From the NCBI GenBank assembly GCA_965262715.1, contig OZ253553.1:1440001-1504000 (forward strand): DNA of 64,000 bases, in the 5' to 3' direction. Position 1 is the first letter of the stretch. Every line of letters begins with the position of its first letter. Positions 36,005-47,477 of the stretch are shown here, piece after piece. Source of the DNA: Bdellovibrionales bacterium (GTDB taxonomy: Bacteria > Bdellovibrionota > Bdellovibrionia > Bdellovibrionales > JAUICD01). The notes under the pieces are model-generated. The model did no database searches and was not told where the DNA came from. It saw nothing but the letters and a program-made list of their open reading frames with translations. Both the position numbers and the translations under genes were made by a program.

Positions 36005-36595
36005 ATGTCATTTGTCAACTATAATGCTAAAGAAATTCATTGTAAGGTTGTCTATTATGGTCCATCTTTAGGTGGTAAAACAACCAATGTGCAGTGGATT
36101 TTTCAAAAAACCGCTACAGACGCTAAGTCCAAATTGATGACTTTAAATATAGAAAACGAAAGAACAATTTTCTTTGACTTTCTACCATTATCCTTAGGTG
36201 AGATTAGAGGATTTAAAACGAGACTTCATCTCTATTCCGTCCCAGGTCAAATGGTTTATGACGCTAGTAGAAAGCTTATTTTAAAAGGTTTGGATGGAGT
36301 TATCTTTGTAGCTGACAGCCAAACCGAGAGAATGGAAGAGAACTTACAATCTCTCAAAAATTTAAAAACCAATCTTGAACAGCAAGGCTGTGATATTCAT
36401 CAAATGCCTCTTGTTTTTCAATACAATAAGAGGGATTTACCTAATATCATGCTTGTCAATGAACTCCGTTCAGAACTCAACAAATACAATGCACCTGACT
36501 TTGAAGCCAGTGCAGTCCAAGGTGTGGGAGTTTTTGAATCACTCAAGACTCTTTCTAAAAAGATCATTACCATTCTCAAAGGAGGAGAGGCTTAG
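36005..36595 (+). CDS. mglA: Ras-like GTPase MglA
   Basis: MSFVNY...KVVYYGPSLGGKTTN, ERTIFFDFLP, VPGQ, NKRD. Confidence 0.95.
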   Translation: MSFVNYNAKEIHCKVVYYGPSLGGKTTNVQWIFQKTATDAKSKLMTLNIENERTIFFDFLPLSLGEIRGFKTRLHLYSVPGQMVYDASRKLILKGLDGVIFVADSQTERMEENLQSLKNLKTNLEQQGCDIHQMPLVFQYNKRDLPNIMLVNELRSELNKYNAPDFEASAVQGVGVFESLKTLSKKIITILKGGEA

Positions 36596-36655
36596 AAGTT
36601 ATTTTTAGAATGAGTCATATAAAAGTTACATATTTTTAAATAAGGAAAATGAAAA

Positions 36656-37669
36656 ATGCAACAAAGGATAGTTGATGGAAGAAAGGATACTAAAGAAGGT
36701 TCTTTGGAGCAAAAACTGCGTCCGCTTTCTTTTAAAGATTTTCCAGGACAAGATAAAGTTAAGGAAAAATTAAAAGTTTTTGTACAGGCTGCAAAAAAAA
36801 GAGGCGATGCCCTTGATCACACCATTTTATGTGGCCCTCCCGGTCTTGGAAAAACCACCTTGAGTCATATTTTAGCTTCTGAAATGAAGGTCCCCATCAA
36901 AACAACATCAGGCCCTACAATAGAGAAAAAGGGTGATATTGCAGCTATTTTAACTCACCTTACTCCTCACTCTATATTATTTATTGATGAGATCCATCGT
37001 TTAAACCGCATAGTTGAGGAATATTTGTATTCTGCAATGGAAGACTTTTACATTGATTTGCTTACTGGAGAAGGCTTAGGAGCAAGGTCCATGCAGTTTA
37101 AGTTAGTGCCTTTCACATTAATTGGAGCTACTACACGTATTGGCTCTTTGAATGCGCCATTTAGAGATCGATTTGGTATTACAGAGAGATTAGATTTCTA
37201 CGCCCCATCTGCGCTTCATCAAATTGTTTTGCGTTCGGCAAAGCTTTTAAATATCAAAATCGATGAGAAAGCTGCTTACGAAATTGCTACAAGATGTAGA
37301 GGCACACCTCGAATTGCCAATCGTCTTTTAAAACGCATTAGAGATTATGCTCAAGTTCAATCTGATGGACATATCACAGAATCTATTGCAAACTTTGCTC
37401 TTCAAAAATTAGAAGTTGATCAGATGGGTCTTGATGATATGGATAGAAAGATATTAAAATTTATTATTGAAAAATTTAATGGGGGACCTGTTGGCATTGA
37501 GACGATGGCCTCAGCATTGAGTGAAGAAAAGAGCACATTAGAGGATGTTTACGAGCCATTTCTAATTAAGGAAGGATTTTTACAAAAAACACCAAGAGGC
37601 CGTATCACAAGCCATATAGCTTATAAGCATCTTGATAAAAAATATCCACTTTCTTTTGAAATAAAATAA
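36656..37669 (+). CDS. ruvB: Holliday junction helicase RuvB
   Basis: GPPGLGKTT, FIDEIHR, RGTPRIANRLL, YEPFL. Confidence 0.98.
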   Translation: MQQRIVDGRKDTKEGSLEQKLRPLSFKDFPGQDKVKEKLKVFVQAAKKRGDALDHTILCGPPGLGKTTLSHILASEMKVPIKTTSGPTIEKKGDIAAILTHLTPHSILFIDEIHRLNRIVEEYLYSAMEDFYIDLLTGEGLGARSMQFKLVPFTLIGATTRIGSLNAPFRDRFGITERLDFYAPSALHQIVLRSAKLLNIKIDEKAAYEIATRCRGTPRIANRLLKRIRDYAQVQSDGHITESIANFALQKLEVDQMGLDDMDRKILKFIIEKFNGGPVGIETMASALSEEKSTLEDVYEPFLIKEGFLQKTPRGRITSHIAYKHLDKKYPLSFEIK

Positions 37670-37753
37670 TAAAGATAATTAGAAGCCATTATTATAATAA
37701 TGAAGACTGTATTTCTGATTTAAAATTTAAAAATACAGAAGAGGTTAAAGTTA

Positions 37754-38950
37754 ATGAAACCTTTAAAAAAAACAATTAGTTTCCTACAAGAATTTTCTAT
37801 CCCTCTTATTTTAGGAGTTGTAGGCGCGCTCATTTGGGCAAATATAGATATTGAAGGTTATCAAGCTTTTGTTAACTATACTCTTTTCCCATTCACGTTT
37901 TTTGGTCACAACGTTAGCTTGCACTTTTTGGTCAACGATATCTTTATGGTTTTCTTTTTTGGTATTGCTGCTGTTGAAATTGTACAAGCCGTAAATCATG
38001 GAGGCAGCCTCAATCCCATTTCAAAAGCCATTAACCCTCTTTATGCAACAGCAGGTGGTGTTATAGGGCCTGTTCTTTTATTCTTTCTCCTTTGCTATAC
38101 TCTACCCCTCCAAGATCTTTTAGAGTATGTCAGTTTCAAAGAGATCATTAATGGGTGGGGTATTCCAACAGCTACAGATATTGCTCTTGCTTGGTTGATT
38201 GCTCGTATGGTGTTTGGGAAAAGCCATCCTGCTGTTAGCTATCTTCTATTATTGGCTGTAGCTGATGATGCTATTGGCTTAATTATTATTGCTGTGTTTT
38301 ATCCTGATCCTGCATATTCTATTGAAATAGGCTACTTAACTTTGAATTTATTAGCTATGGGTGTTGCTTTTTTCTTTAGAAAGCATAATGTACAAAGCTT
38401 TGTTCCTTACATTGCAGTGGCAGGAACATTATCGTGGTGTGGATTGATCATGGCTCACCTCCACCCAGCACTTGCTTTGGTTTTTATAGTCCCTTTTATG
38501 CCAATAAGTCAAAAAAGGCACGGTGAGATTTTTGAAGATGAACCACAACACTCAACTCTCATTGAATTCGAACATGCTTTTAAATTATTTGTAGACTTAG
38601 GCCTTCTTGCTTTTGGACTTGTGAATGCTGGGGTGCTTTTAACTGAGGTCAATTCACTCACGTGGATTATTTTATTATCTCTCATTGTAGGTAAGGTATT
38701 AGGCGTTACCTTTTTTGGAATACTTGGAGATAAAATGGGCTTTGGCCTGCCTCAAGGAATGAATTACACATCTTTAGCCATTGCCGGATTGATTGCAGGC
38801 TTAGGTTTAACAGTAGCTCTTTTTGTTTCAGGAGAGGCTTATCATCAGCCTTTTTTACAAAATGGCGCTAAAATGGGAGCTTTATTTTCTCTGATAGCAG
38901 CTCCTATTGCATTCTTCTTAGGAAAATTTTTCAAGGTGAAAAATAAATAA
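37754..38950 (+). CDS. nhaA: Na+/H+ antiporter NhaA
   Basis: PTATDIA, LAVADD, GLTVALF motifs. Confidence 0.92.
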   Translation: MKPLKKTISFLQEFSIPLILGVVGALIWANIDIEGYQAFVNYTLFPFTFFGHNVSLHFLVNDIFMVFFFGIAAVEIVQAVNHGGSLNPISKAINPLYATAGGVIGPVLLFFLLCYTLPLQDLLEYVSFKEIINGWGIPTATDIALAWLIARMVFGKSHPAVSYLLLLAVADDAIGLIIIAVFYPDPAYSIEIGYLTLNLLAMGVAFFFRKHNVQSFVPYIAVAGTLSWCGLIMAHLHPALALVFIVPFMPISQKRHGEIFEDEPQHSTLIEFEHAFKLFVDLGLLAFGLVNAGVLLTEVNSLTWIILLSLIVGKVLGVTFFGILGDKMGFGLPQGMNYTSLAIAGLIAGLGLTVALFVSGEAYHQPFLQNGAKMGALFSLIAAPIAFFLGKFFKVKNK

Positions 38951-39025
38951 ATTAAGAATTTATCGACACAGCCTGTTATTAAATATGGCTTGCACTACAT
39001 GTCAATACATTGTAGGAAAAGAACC

Positions 39026-39751
39026 ATGAGACATTTTAAACTATATTATCTATTAGGGATCATATTATTTAGCTTTTCTGCTCAAAACGGATTATCTCAA
39101 CAACCTACTGGTATTTGCAGCTATGAATTCTGGCCAACAGCCACACCATCTGATGTGATATTAGAACTTGAACTGAGTGGAATAGATATCAATAGCCCTT
39201 GTGATGAAGAGACTGGAGATAGGCCTATCCATATAGCACTTATGAGAAGTAATAATTATTTAGCTATTGAAGTCCTTTTTGAGTTTGGCGCAAGCCTGCT
39301 TGTCAGTAATAAAAATGGAGAAACACCTGTTATCCTTACAGAGCAAATGTATCATACTGCACAAACAATGCTAGAACAAAATAAACCTCGTTTGCTGCGC
39401 AGTATGAAAGATTTTCTCACACAGAGAGTCACTGAACATTCAGGTGCTTTTGATGAAGTCCGTCAACAATTGCAAGATATCATGAGAGATTTTTTAAATA
39501 ATAACCTGGAAGATATCGATGAAGGTACTGATAAAGCATCTTATTTACAAGCTAAGTTTGAAGAAGCCTTAGGAGAACTTAGAAGCGAACATCAATACGT
39601 GCACTTTTCTCAAGATATGCAAGACTTTGAATCAACTGATATTTATACAAATCAGCTTGGAATTAGAAGACACCGTGATTTTCTTAGAACACTTTTAAAT
39701 AACCTTAGAGAATTGGAAGAGCAAGAACAAAGAGCAAAAGCTCTTCTTTAA
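39026..39751 (+). CDS. Secreted ankyrin-like protein with helical C-terminus
   Basis: Signal peptide; GDRPIHIAL...LFEFGASL...NKNGETP. Confidence 0.7.
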   Translation: MRHFKLYYLLGIILFSFSAQNGLSQQPTGICSYEFWPTATPSDVILELELSGIDINSPCDEETGDRPIHIALMRSNNYLAIEVLFEFGASLLVSNKNGETPVILTEQMYHTAQTMLEQNKPRLLRSMKDFLTQRVTEHSGAFDEVRQQLQDIMRDFLNNNLEDIDEGTDKASYLQAKFEEALGELRSEHQYVHFSQDMQDFESTDIYTNQLGIRRHRDFLRTLLNNLRELEEQEQRAKALL

Positions 39752-39909
39752 GATTTTCAAAAAACAAAATGATCAATATCATCTCAATTAGACCAAAAAG
39801 CTAAAACAGATATTGCTACTTGGTACAGTTTTCTAGACTACCTGTTTGCGCAAGTTACCTGAATGCCAGATGCCAGAACAACGGTGACTGCTATTTTAAC
39901 TTTTAACCC

Positions 39910-40246
39910 ACAAACTATGAAAAAGTCCTAAGCTTAATGAGTTTTATCAATTAATTAAACAATATCTTAGTTTAATTAAATCATTGTAAATATTATCCAT
40001 TAATACAATATTTTTTTGAAACAATAATGCTATCTTTATTAATTCTGTCAAACTTATGTTTCCTATTTTAATCTAAAGAGAGGCCACGAGTCCTAAAAAT
40101 AGTTTTTATAATCTCAGCATACCTTGTGCCTGTACTTTCATCAAATAACTGCTTAGCTAAGTTTACAATCTTAACCCCAGCTGTTACAAAACGTAACTTC
40201 AAATCGCAAGTGCAACTCTTTTGTGTTTATAGATATTTTTAAAAGT
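39910..40246. repeat. 337-bp direct repeat (second copy 42167-42503) flanking IS1634-1
   Basis: Both copies abut the IS TIRs and read identically. Confidence 0.95.
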
Positions 40247-42166
40247 CCTGACTTCGACGGTTTAAACTTATAAGTTACTGGGATCATTGGATGATACATT
40301 ACATCATAGGCACTACAATTGATTTTTAGTTATGTATTAAGTGTATTTTTATTCAATAAGATAAGGTGTTGTAGAGTGCTTAAGTCCCATAATCTGATAG
40401 ATTTTCAGAGCTTCCTTACTTATATTTGAAGGTATAGAGTACTTTCTGTTATTGGTTTGATCTACTAATAAACTATGCTGTACATGGATTAAAGCATTTC
40501 GTATAACTTCCGGTGAACAGGATTGGTATTGTATCTTAATTCTGTAAGCTAAGTGTCTTATACAGACTAAACAGATAAAAGCAATGGCTATGTGTGCTTT
40601 GATCCGATCTGATGTCCAGTGAAATATAGGACGTATTTTTAAATCATGCTTAGCTATCCGGAATGTTTCTTCGACTTGCCATAACCCCTTATATTGGCTA
40701 ATAATGTCTAAATCATCCATATCTTTGAGGTTTGTTATGACTCCAAACAAACCATCCCACTTTTGATCTTCTTTGACTCGATTTTCATTGACTGAAAGCT
40801 TTTGTTTCTTGCCTGTGACTTTTAAATACTTCTTATAACCGTAATTGTTTAATAAAGTCTTCACATCTTGAGCCTTTGAGAGTTTCTTAACTAAACTATC
40901 TATAGTTTGTTGACGATCATGTCGATCTTTCTCCGCTCTCTTATAAGAATAACAAACTATCACTTTCCTCTTATTATCTTTATCTTCTAATGATTGAATC
41001 TTGAAACCTTCTTGTTTACTGACAATTTTGTACTTTGACTTATCTAATACAAGCTCTTGTTTTACTTTTGGTAATTTCTTAAGCTTAGCTCCTACAATAT
41101 AATGAAGATTCTCATCTTCTAGTGCTTTTAAATTATCTTCACTTAACATTCCTCTATCAGCGACATAAATAGCTTGTTCTAAGTTATATTTAGACTTCAT
41201 CTCTTTTATCACTGGATTTAAGGTATGACCCTCGAAGATAGCACCCGGGAAAGTCTCGTAACTGACAGGAAAACCTTCTTTGGTCACAACGACTGCTAAA
41301 CACACTTGAGATTCTTTAAACTTAGCATCTTTACTGTAACCTCTTTGTCTTAAATCATCTTCAATAATTGATTCAAAATACAGTGTCGTACAATCAAAAA
41401 ACAAAACTTTCAAAGGCTCTTTAAAAACCTTTTGTGCCACTTGACCTGCCAGTCTCTTTATCTTATCTATCCTTTTGCTATCTAAACGATCCATCATGCG
41501 ATAAATCTTCTCTAACGAAATATGAACTCCAAAATCCTCTTCTAAAAATCGACTGCTCTCTCTTTTACTTTGAGGATTAGCTATCCGAGCCATCACTGTA
41601 TGAAATAAAACCCAATGTGATGAATGATAACGACTCACTGGTAAAATGCGATCTAAACCTAATTCCTTGTACATAGCTCCATAAACCTCATGAATACCTA
41701 CAATGACTCTTTGATCTTCCCTTAGTTTCTTAAGATCTACTTTTAAGGGTTTATTGCAATGACGAAACTTGGACTCAATCACTTGTTTAGAAATCTCTTC
41801 CGGAGCAAAAAAAGATAATTGATTTTCATTTGTTAGTTTAGCTTTGATGAATTCTCCAAGCTCTTGAAGACGAAATAGCTCATCCTCATCTTGAGCCACT
41901 CCGACATGACGGATGATCTTTTGGCGAACTTTATTGCCATAACGGATAGAATCAACGATCTGAACTGACTGCCTTGGACTGTTTGGTGTGCTTTTGATTC
42001 TTACAAACATAAAAATAATTTAATGCTTATTAAAAAAAAAGTCAAAATAAAAATAAAAATAATCTGACATGGTGTGTTACTAGGCACTACATCGAAAACT
42101 TACTCCAAAATCCTATAACCATCAATGTTACAAAATCAATACCGAACATAAACCGTCGAAGTCAGG
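40247..42166 (-). mobile_element. IS1634-family element 1 (1,920 bp)
   Basis: Perfect 18-bp TIR CCTGACTTCGACGGTTTA. Confidence 0.95.
40349..42010 (-). CDS. IS1634-family transposase
   Basis: FFDCTTLYFE, GYSKD, VADRGM, YKGLWQVEETFR, RPIFHW. Confidence 0.96.
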   Translation of the reverse strand: MFVRIKSTPNSPRQSVQIVDSIRYGNKVRQKIIRHVGVAQDEDELFRLQELGEFIKAKLTNENQLSFFAPEEISKQVIESKFRHCNKPLKVDLKKLREDQRVIVGIHEVYGAMYKELGLDRILPVSRYHSSHWVLFHTVMARIANPQSKRESSRFLEEDFGVHISLEKIYRMMDRLDSKRIDKIKRLAGQVAQKVFKEPLKVLFFDCTTLYFESIIEDDLRQRGYSKDAKFKESQVCLAVVVTKEGFPVSYETFPGAIFEGHTLNPVIKEMKSKYNLEQAIYVADRGMLSEDNLKALEDENLHYIVGAKLKKLPKVKQELVLDKSKYKIVSKQEGFKIQSLEDKDNKRKVIVCYSYKRAEKDRHDRQQTIDSLVKKLSKAQDVKTLLNNYGYKKYLKVTGKKQKLSVNENRVKEDQKWDGLFGVITNLKDMDDLDIISQYKGLWQVEETFRIAKHDLKIRPIFHWTSDRIKAHIAIAFICLVCIRHLAYRIKIQYQSCSPEVIRNALIHVQHSLLVDQTNNRKYSIPSNISKEALKIYQIMGLKHSTTPYLIE

Positions 42167-42448
42167 ACAAACTATGAAAAAGTCCTAAGCTTAATGAGTT
42201 TTATCAATTAATTAAACAATATCTTAGTTTAATTAAATCATTGTAAATATTATCCATTAATACAATATTTTTTTGAAACAATAATGCTATCTTTATTAAT
42301 TCTGTCAAACTTATGTTTCCTATTTTAATCTAAAGAGAGGCCACGAGTCCTAAAAATAGTTTTTATAATCTCAGCATACCTTGTGCCTGTACTTTCATCA
42401 AATAACTGCTTAGCTAAGTTTACAATCTTAACCCCAGCTGTTACAAAA

Positions 42449-43786
42449 CGTAACTTCAAATCGCAAGTGCAACTCTTTTGTGTTTATAGATATTTTTAAA
42501 AGTTGTATCACTTTAGGATTAATATTCCAACAAAGTTTTAATTATCATGAAAGATTATAGTAAATTATTTAATTTGAATGAATGTATTTTGATGTTTATG
42601 GCAAAGTCTCGTAGTCCTCGAGCTAAAGCTCTGCGGAAGAACGATCCTTTGCCATAAACATCAAGCTGTCAAATAAGCATCTTCAGAAGTTATTATATAT
42701 AAGTAAAATTAAATGGATAAACTATGAATAACTTCAGCAAACCATCTTTTGTCTATGAAACTCATTAGGGGTTAGAAAACCTAAACTCTTTCGAGGGCGA
42801 TGGTTTAAAAGAGACTCAACCTTTTTTACATCCTTAGAGGTGACTTCTCTAAAATCTGTCTTCTTTGGAAAATACTGACGGATTAAACCATTCGTGTTCT
42901 CATTTAAACCTCTCTCATATGAACTGTAAGGATGTGCAAAATAAACTTTACATCCAGTATATTCACTGATCTTCTCATGACACGAAAACTCTTTACCATT
43001 ATCCAAAGTCATTGTATGAACAACCTCTCCTTTAAGAGCTTTAGAAATAGCATGAAAAACTGCCTCAGATCTCTTAGATTCTATTTTGACAATCCTCGTC
43101 TTCTTAGAACATCTATCTACCAGTGTGACTAAAGCTCCTTTATGATGTCTACCTATCATTAGATCACCTTCCCAGTCTCCTATCCGACTCTTCTTATCTA
43201 CTATCTTAGGCCTTTTATCAATGCTCACTCTATTCTTTATCTGACCCCTTTTATCAAATCTACTTGTACCATATCGCTTCTTGCGTTGCCTCTGACATCT
43301 TAAAAATTTGTAGAGATCTCCTCCTGATTGCTTATCTCCAAGAATATGCTGATAAATACTCTCATGACTTATAGACAAACCTTTTGGTTTAAGAAAACCG
43401 GATATCTGTTCCGGACTCAAACGATCACGAAGAAACCTCTCAAGCTTATTAATGACTTTTTGTGTTATCTTTATATGTCTATGAGAGTTTTGAAGACGAT
43501 CGACTGCTTTTTCATGGGCTTGTTGAGGACGATAACCTCGCAAGCCTTTGTTACGATTCAATTCCCTATATATGGTGCTTTTATCTCGACCTACCTGAGT
43601 AGCAATTGAACTTATTGATTTTCCACTTTGCAAAAAAGCTAAAATCTGGTATCTCTCATGTTGGGTTAGATGAGTGTAATTGCTCATGGAATACTCCTTT
43701 CATTATTTAAAGAGATTGATTAGAGTATTCCTCTAACCCGCTTTAAATAACTATGCAAGGAGTTGCACTTGCAACTTGAATCCACC
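42449..43786 (-). mobile_element. IS30-family element, copy 2, AAA target duplication
   Basis: Same TIRs as copy 1; removing it plus 3 bp restores the host reading frame. Confidence 0.93.
42734..43687 (-). CDS. IS30-family DDE transposase
   Basis: Nearly identical to 23323..24276. Confidence 0.97.
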   Translation of the reverse strand: MSNYTHLTQHERYQILAFLQSGKSISSIATQVGRDKSTIYRELNRNKGLRGYRPQQAHEKAVDRLQNSHRHIKITQKVINKLERFLRDRLSPEQISGFLKPKGLSISHESIYQHILGDKQSGGDLYKFLRCQRQRKKRYGTSRFDKRGQIKNRVSIDKRPKIVDKKSRIGDWEGDLMIGRHHKGALVTLVDRCSKKTRIVKIESKRSEAVFHAISKALKGEVVHTMTLDNGKEFSCHEKISEYTGCKVYFAHPYSSYERGLNENTNGLIRQYFPKKTDFREVTSKDVKKVESLLNHRPRKSLGFLTPNEFHRQKMVC

Positions 43787-44696
43787 AAATCATCATTGTG
43801 CCCTAATAATGGAAGGTGTTCTGAAAATAAAATGGCTATATCCTTCTTATTGACGTTTGGGTGATCATAAATTTGCCTCCAGATGGTTGTATAAACAAAG
43901 ATGCCCATTGTGTGTCTTTGGCCCTTTGGGAATCCCCTGTCACAATTATTATATATCTCTGTAGCCGTCGATTCTAGAGTAATAGTAGATTTGCAACGTT
44001 GTGTATTCATCAGTGATGTACGTGAGATCGTACGATTATCAATTAAATATCCATGAAACTCAGCCTGTCCTTCATTTATTGCAAGAAGGCAACCTTTATA
44101 TGTATTACAACAATAAAAGCTTGAACCACCTCTATCGCACACCTTATAATTTAGACTGCTTATATACTTTCCTCCTACTGCATAAGAAAAATTCGCATGA
44201 CCTCCTTCATGGAAAGCTAACACATAAAGATTATAAAAAAGATTAGGTGTACTAAATGTTCTTGAATTTTTTTGAAAACCTATCTTATTCTCTGAAAAAT
44301 ACCAAGCACCTATATGTGGTATATCCTCTATCTTCACTTTTATATCTTTATTTGAAGCATACCAAGTATTTGCGTTCAACTCCATCCACTCTTTTTGATA
44401 CATAAGCCAGTGATAGAGGTTGGCTTGTGAATTTTTAAGGTCAGGATCTGAATTATAAGGTCTTGTCCATTTTCCACTTACTAATGTTGCCCTTTGTTGG
44501 CCATCTATGAGTACCTTGTAAGAGTTATTTTCAAGAAATGTATTAATGGTATCTAAAATATTGACCCCATAGTTTTTAGTAGAATAACTCTGCCCATGAG
44601 CAAAAAAAATACATGCATTATACCTAGAATCACTTTGACAATTTTCGACTGTTCTACCCACTCGATCAGGGGTTCTAAGATGCGTTATAGTTCGGA

Positions 44697-44983
44697 CACA
44701 TGAACTGCCACTCTGTGTATAGCCGCTATTACATGACCAGCCATAACATCTATTATCTTGAGAGTTACATGTGGAATTACTAGGATTTGCAGAGTCACAT
44801 GCAGTTTGGGAATTATATTGATCACTTGGACAAGATGGAAGACAGGAATTACCACTTTGCGTATAGCCGCTATTACATGACCAGCCATAACATCTATTAT
44901 CTTGAGAGTTACATGTGGAATTACTAGGATTTGCAGAGTCACATGCAGTTTGGGAATTATATTGATCACTTGGACAAGATGGA
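44697..44983. repeat. Two tandem 144-bp repeats encoding 48-aa six-Cys (EGF-like) units
   Basis: PSCPSDQYNSQTACDSANPSNSTCNSQDNRCYGWSCNSGYTQSGxSC occurs twice. Confidence 0.9.
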
Positions 44984-46611
44984 ATTGTTGTGTTTGTGAT
45001 TTTTGCTTCTTGGCAATCCTCGGTAGTTCCACCTCCTGAGCCTACACATTGCCATTGGTAATGAGTTTCTGTCTCTTGAGTATCTCGTGGTTGACCTGTT
45101 TGGCAAATACCTTTACTAGATCCACAACTCCCACTGACTGGACTTCCAGTTTCAATAGGACATACATGATGACTTTGTCTTTCACTGACAGTGCCAAAAT
45201 AACAATAATTACCATCTGCTGGACAATAATGATAATAGCTTTGTGAATCAACATCTCCCTGATTGTAAGATGCAAAAAGTGTGACTGCTTCATTTATACA
45301 ACCCGCACCTAAATCAGATGAAACCTCTACCAATTCACTATCACAATTAAAATCAATCTTACTCTCTTTGTTAATTTGATACTGGCAACTATCAGCATTA
45401 AGAATTTCTATTTGAAAAAAAAGCATGTCTGGCTTTTCGTATATATAAATATCGTTTTCTTCCAATATAGCTAATATACTATCTCTACCATCTGTAAAAT
45501 TTATGGGATTAAAATAAGGTCTTACATTTGAAGTCACAATAACCTCTTTTCTTCTATAGATCAGACATTCACTCTTTGAAGCATCAGAACTTGTAGCAGA
45601 AACTTCAATCACTAAAAGCCCATTACTCTCAGATGAAAGATCCACTTCTAATGTATCTACACCATCCTCATTTTCAATAACTTGTCCAGATGGAAGTGTA
45701 GCTTTCCAGTTAATGGAAGAAAAGTCTGAACTATCTTTCAAACCAAAAATAGAATATCCAGATTCACCCACTTTAAAAGAAGCCGAAGTTTCTGGTAAGA
45801 GCTCTATTTCTAAAATATCAGTAAGTGAGCAAGATTCTCCAACCACAAATTTTTTACTAGCTCTAGTTTTAGGCTCTGTAGCTTCATAAGAATTAGCAAA
45901 AACATCATAAGACCCTAATTCCGAAAACTTCGCTGAATATGTACCTGTCTGTGTCGAAGCATCTGTTACAATAGATTCAAAACCTCTTTTGATTGTCCAT
46001 TTGTAGTTATCAGATTTAGGATCAACATTTAAAAGCTTAAAGGTTATATCTGAATCAATAGGAAGAAGCTGATTTTCTATAAAGTCCCCACTTTCGGGAT
46101 TTATTTGAACAATAAATCCTCTTTCATAATTTATATCCACTGGGTTAGATACTGGCTTATCTTTTAGATTATCCTCTGGAGATTTTATATGTTCTTCTGG
46201 TAGTAGCTCATCAGTAAACATTTTACAATTTTGAAAAACTATTAAGAAAGCAGGAATACAAAAAAACTATAATATATAAAGTATTCAAATACTTCGCACT
46301 TGAATATTTAAAGAAAGAAATCACCTTTTGCAATTTCTTACTATAGAAATGATTTTTCTGAATCTGACTCAAAACTAAGTCCCTTCTATCTCTATTGTTT
46401 CTTTTTGATATAAATAATATTCGGCTAAAACCTTAAATTACATAAGATCACCTGAGTTCATGAGTATAGAGAATGCGGTAAACCAAAGATGAAAATACTA
46501 AAAGTTCTTGGTCAATCAAGAGATAGAGAAGAGATAGAATATTTTAAGAAGATGGGAGAAGCATTGAAGTAAGAGTTAGAGACAGGGATAAAAGCGAATC
46601 CTATTCTTCCA

Positions 46612-46735
46612 CCTCTGGCGATTTTCTGGCATTGCCCCTGATGGTTTTACCATCAGAAAATGGGCAATGCCTAGAAAAAATAGCCATTTTTAGGAAGGAG
46701 AGACTTTTTCTTCTTTAACACCATGTTAAGGAAAC
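46612..46735. repeat. Palindromic element family A, copy 7 (one end truncated)
   Basis: GGCATTGCCC/GGGCAATGCC stem; ATGTTAAGGAAAC end. Confidence 0.85.
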
Positions 46736-46767
46736 TCTTTCATTAGAGCATCTTTTGGATGGAGACT

Positions 46768-47127
46768 CCTGAGTTTGACAGTTGCAAAAATAAAGTTGAC
46801 TTATCTTAGTTAGTTACAGTGGATGGGTGATTTTGTACCACCTTAAGTTGTTTAGAAGGTATCTTTGCTCCTATAGCTTTAAATACATCAGCATTGTTAC
46901 CGTTAAATATCTGTTCTGATCCAAAGTGTCTTATCCTTTATTCTCACAGGTATGGCTCGTACTTCTTTCAGCTTTGACATAGCTTTCGCTACACTCAATG
47001 GCCTTGGCTTTATTCTCTTATCTGCGATTGCTTTGTCTTTTAAGATAGTCCTTTTCTCATCTAACTTCAGCTCTCAACAAGATGATAATATGTGTCTCCT
47101 CTCGGATTTCTTGTAGACCTTATGAAC
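46768..47127 (-). mobile_element. Internally deleted relic of an IS1634-2 relative
   Basis: CCTGAGTTTGACAGTTGC end plus segments matching the transposase 3' part (about 57518-57730) and 5' part (about 59090-59148). Confidence 0.9.
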
Positions 47128-47477
47128 CTAGAATAAAATACTTTATACAAACCTCATTTCCTAAGGCACTGGCCTAAACCTATTTCAGAAACCTGCCATA
47201 ACTCTTAAACCGTTGAAAGAAACTATATTAGATATTGTTTGTCATATTTCAGATGTAAGTCCAAAATGCTTCCATCAAAGTCTCTGGACACCATCCTTTA
47301 TCATGATACCGGATAACTTGCCAATGTAGTACTAATTATGAACCTATGAGTATTACATTAACTGAATGCATATATGATTGACAAGTAACTGAACTTAATA
47401 TACAGGACCAGCTAGTTATGAAAAGAAATCAGTATAAATAAAAATGATTATATTAAAATTTTTGAGGTAATAAAATA

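Larger units (their letters stand above)
42325..46324 (-). pseudogene. Surface lipoprotein with C-terminal gluzincin peptidase; split by IS30, signal peptide frameshifted
   Basis: Main ORF 43720..46221 (HEGGH...NEG). The last 40 codons lie beyond IS30 at 42325-42447. An FQNC lipobox is in frame upstream of 46221, with its likely GTG start (46324) out of frame across an A7 run. Confidence 0.8.

Noticed and set aside
43720..43786. C-terminus LVDSSCKC...RGIL of the 833-aa ORF
   Set aside because: Read-through into the IS30 end; the native tail is at 42325-42447.
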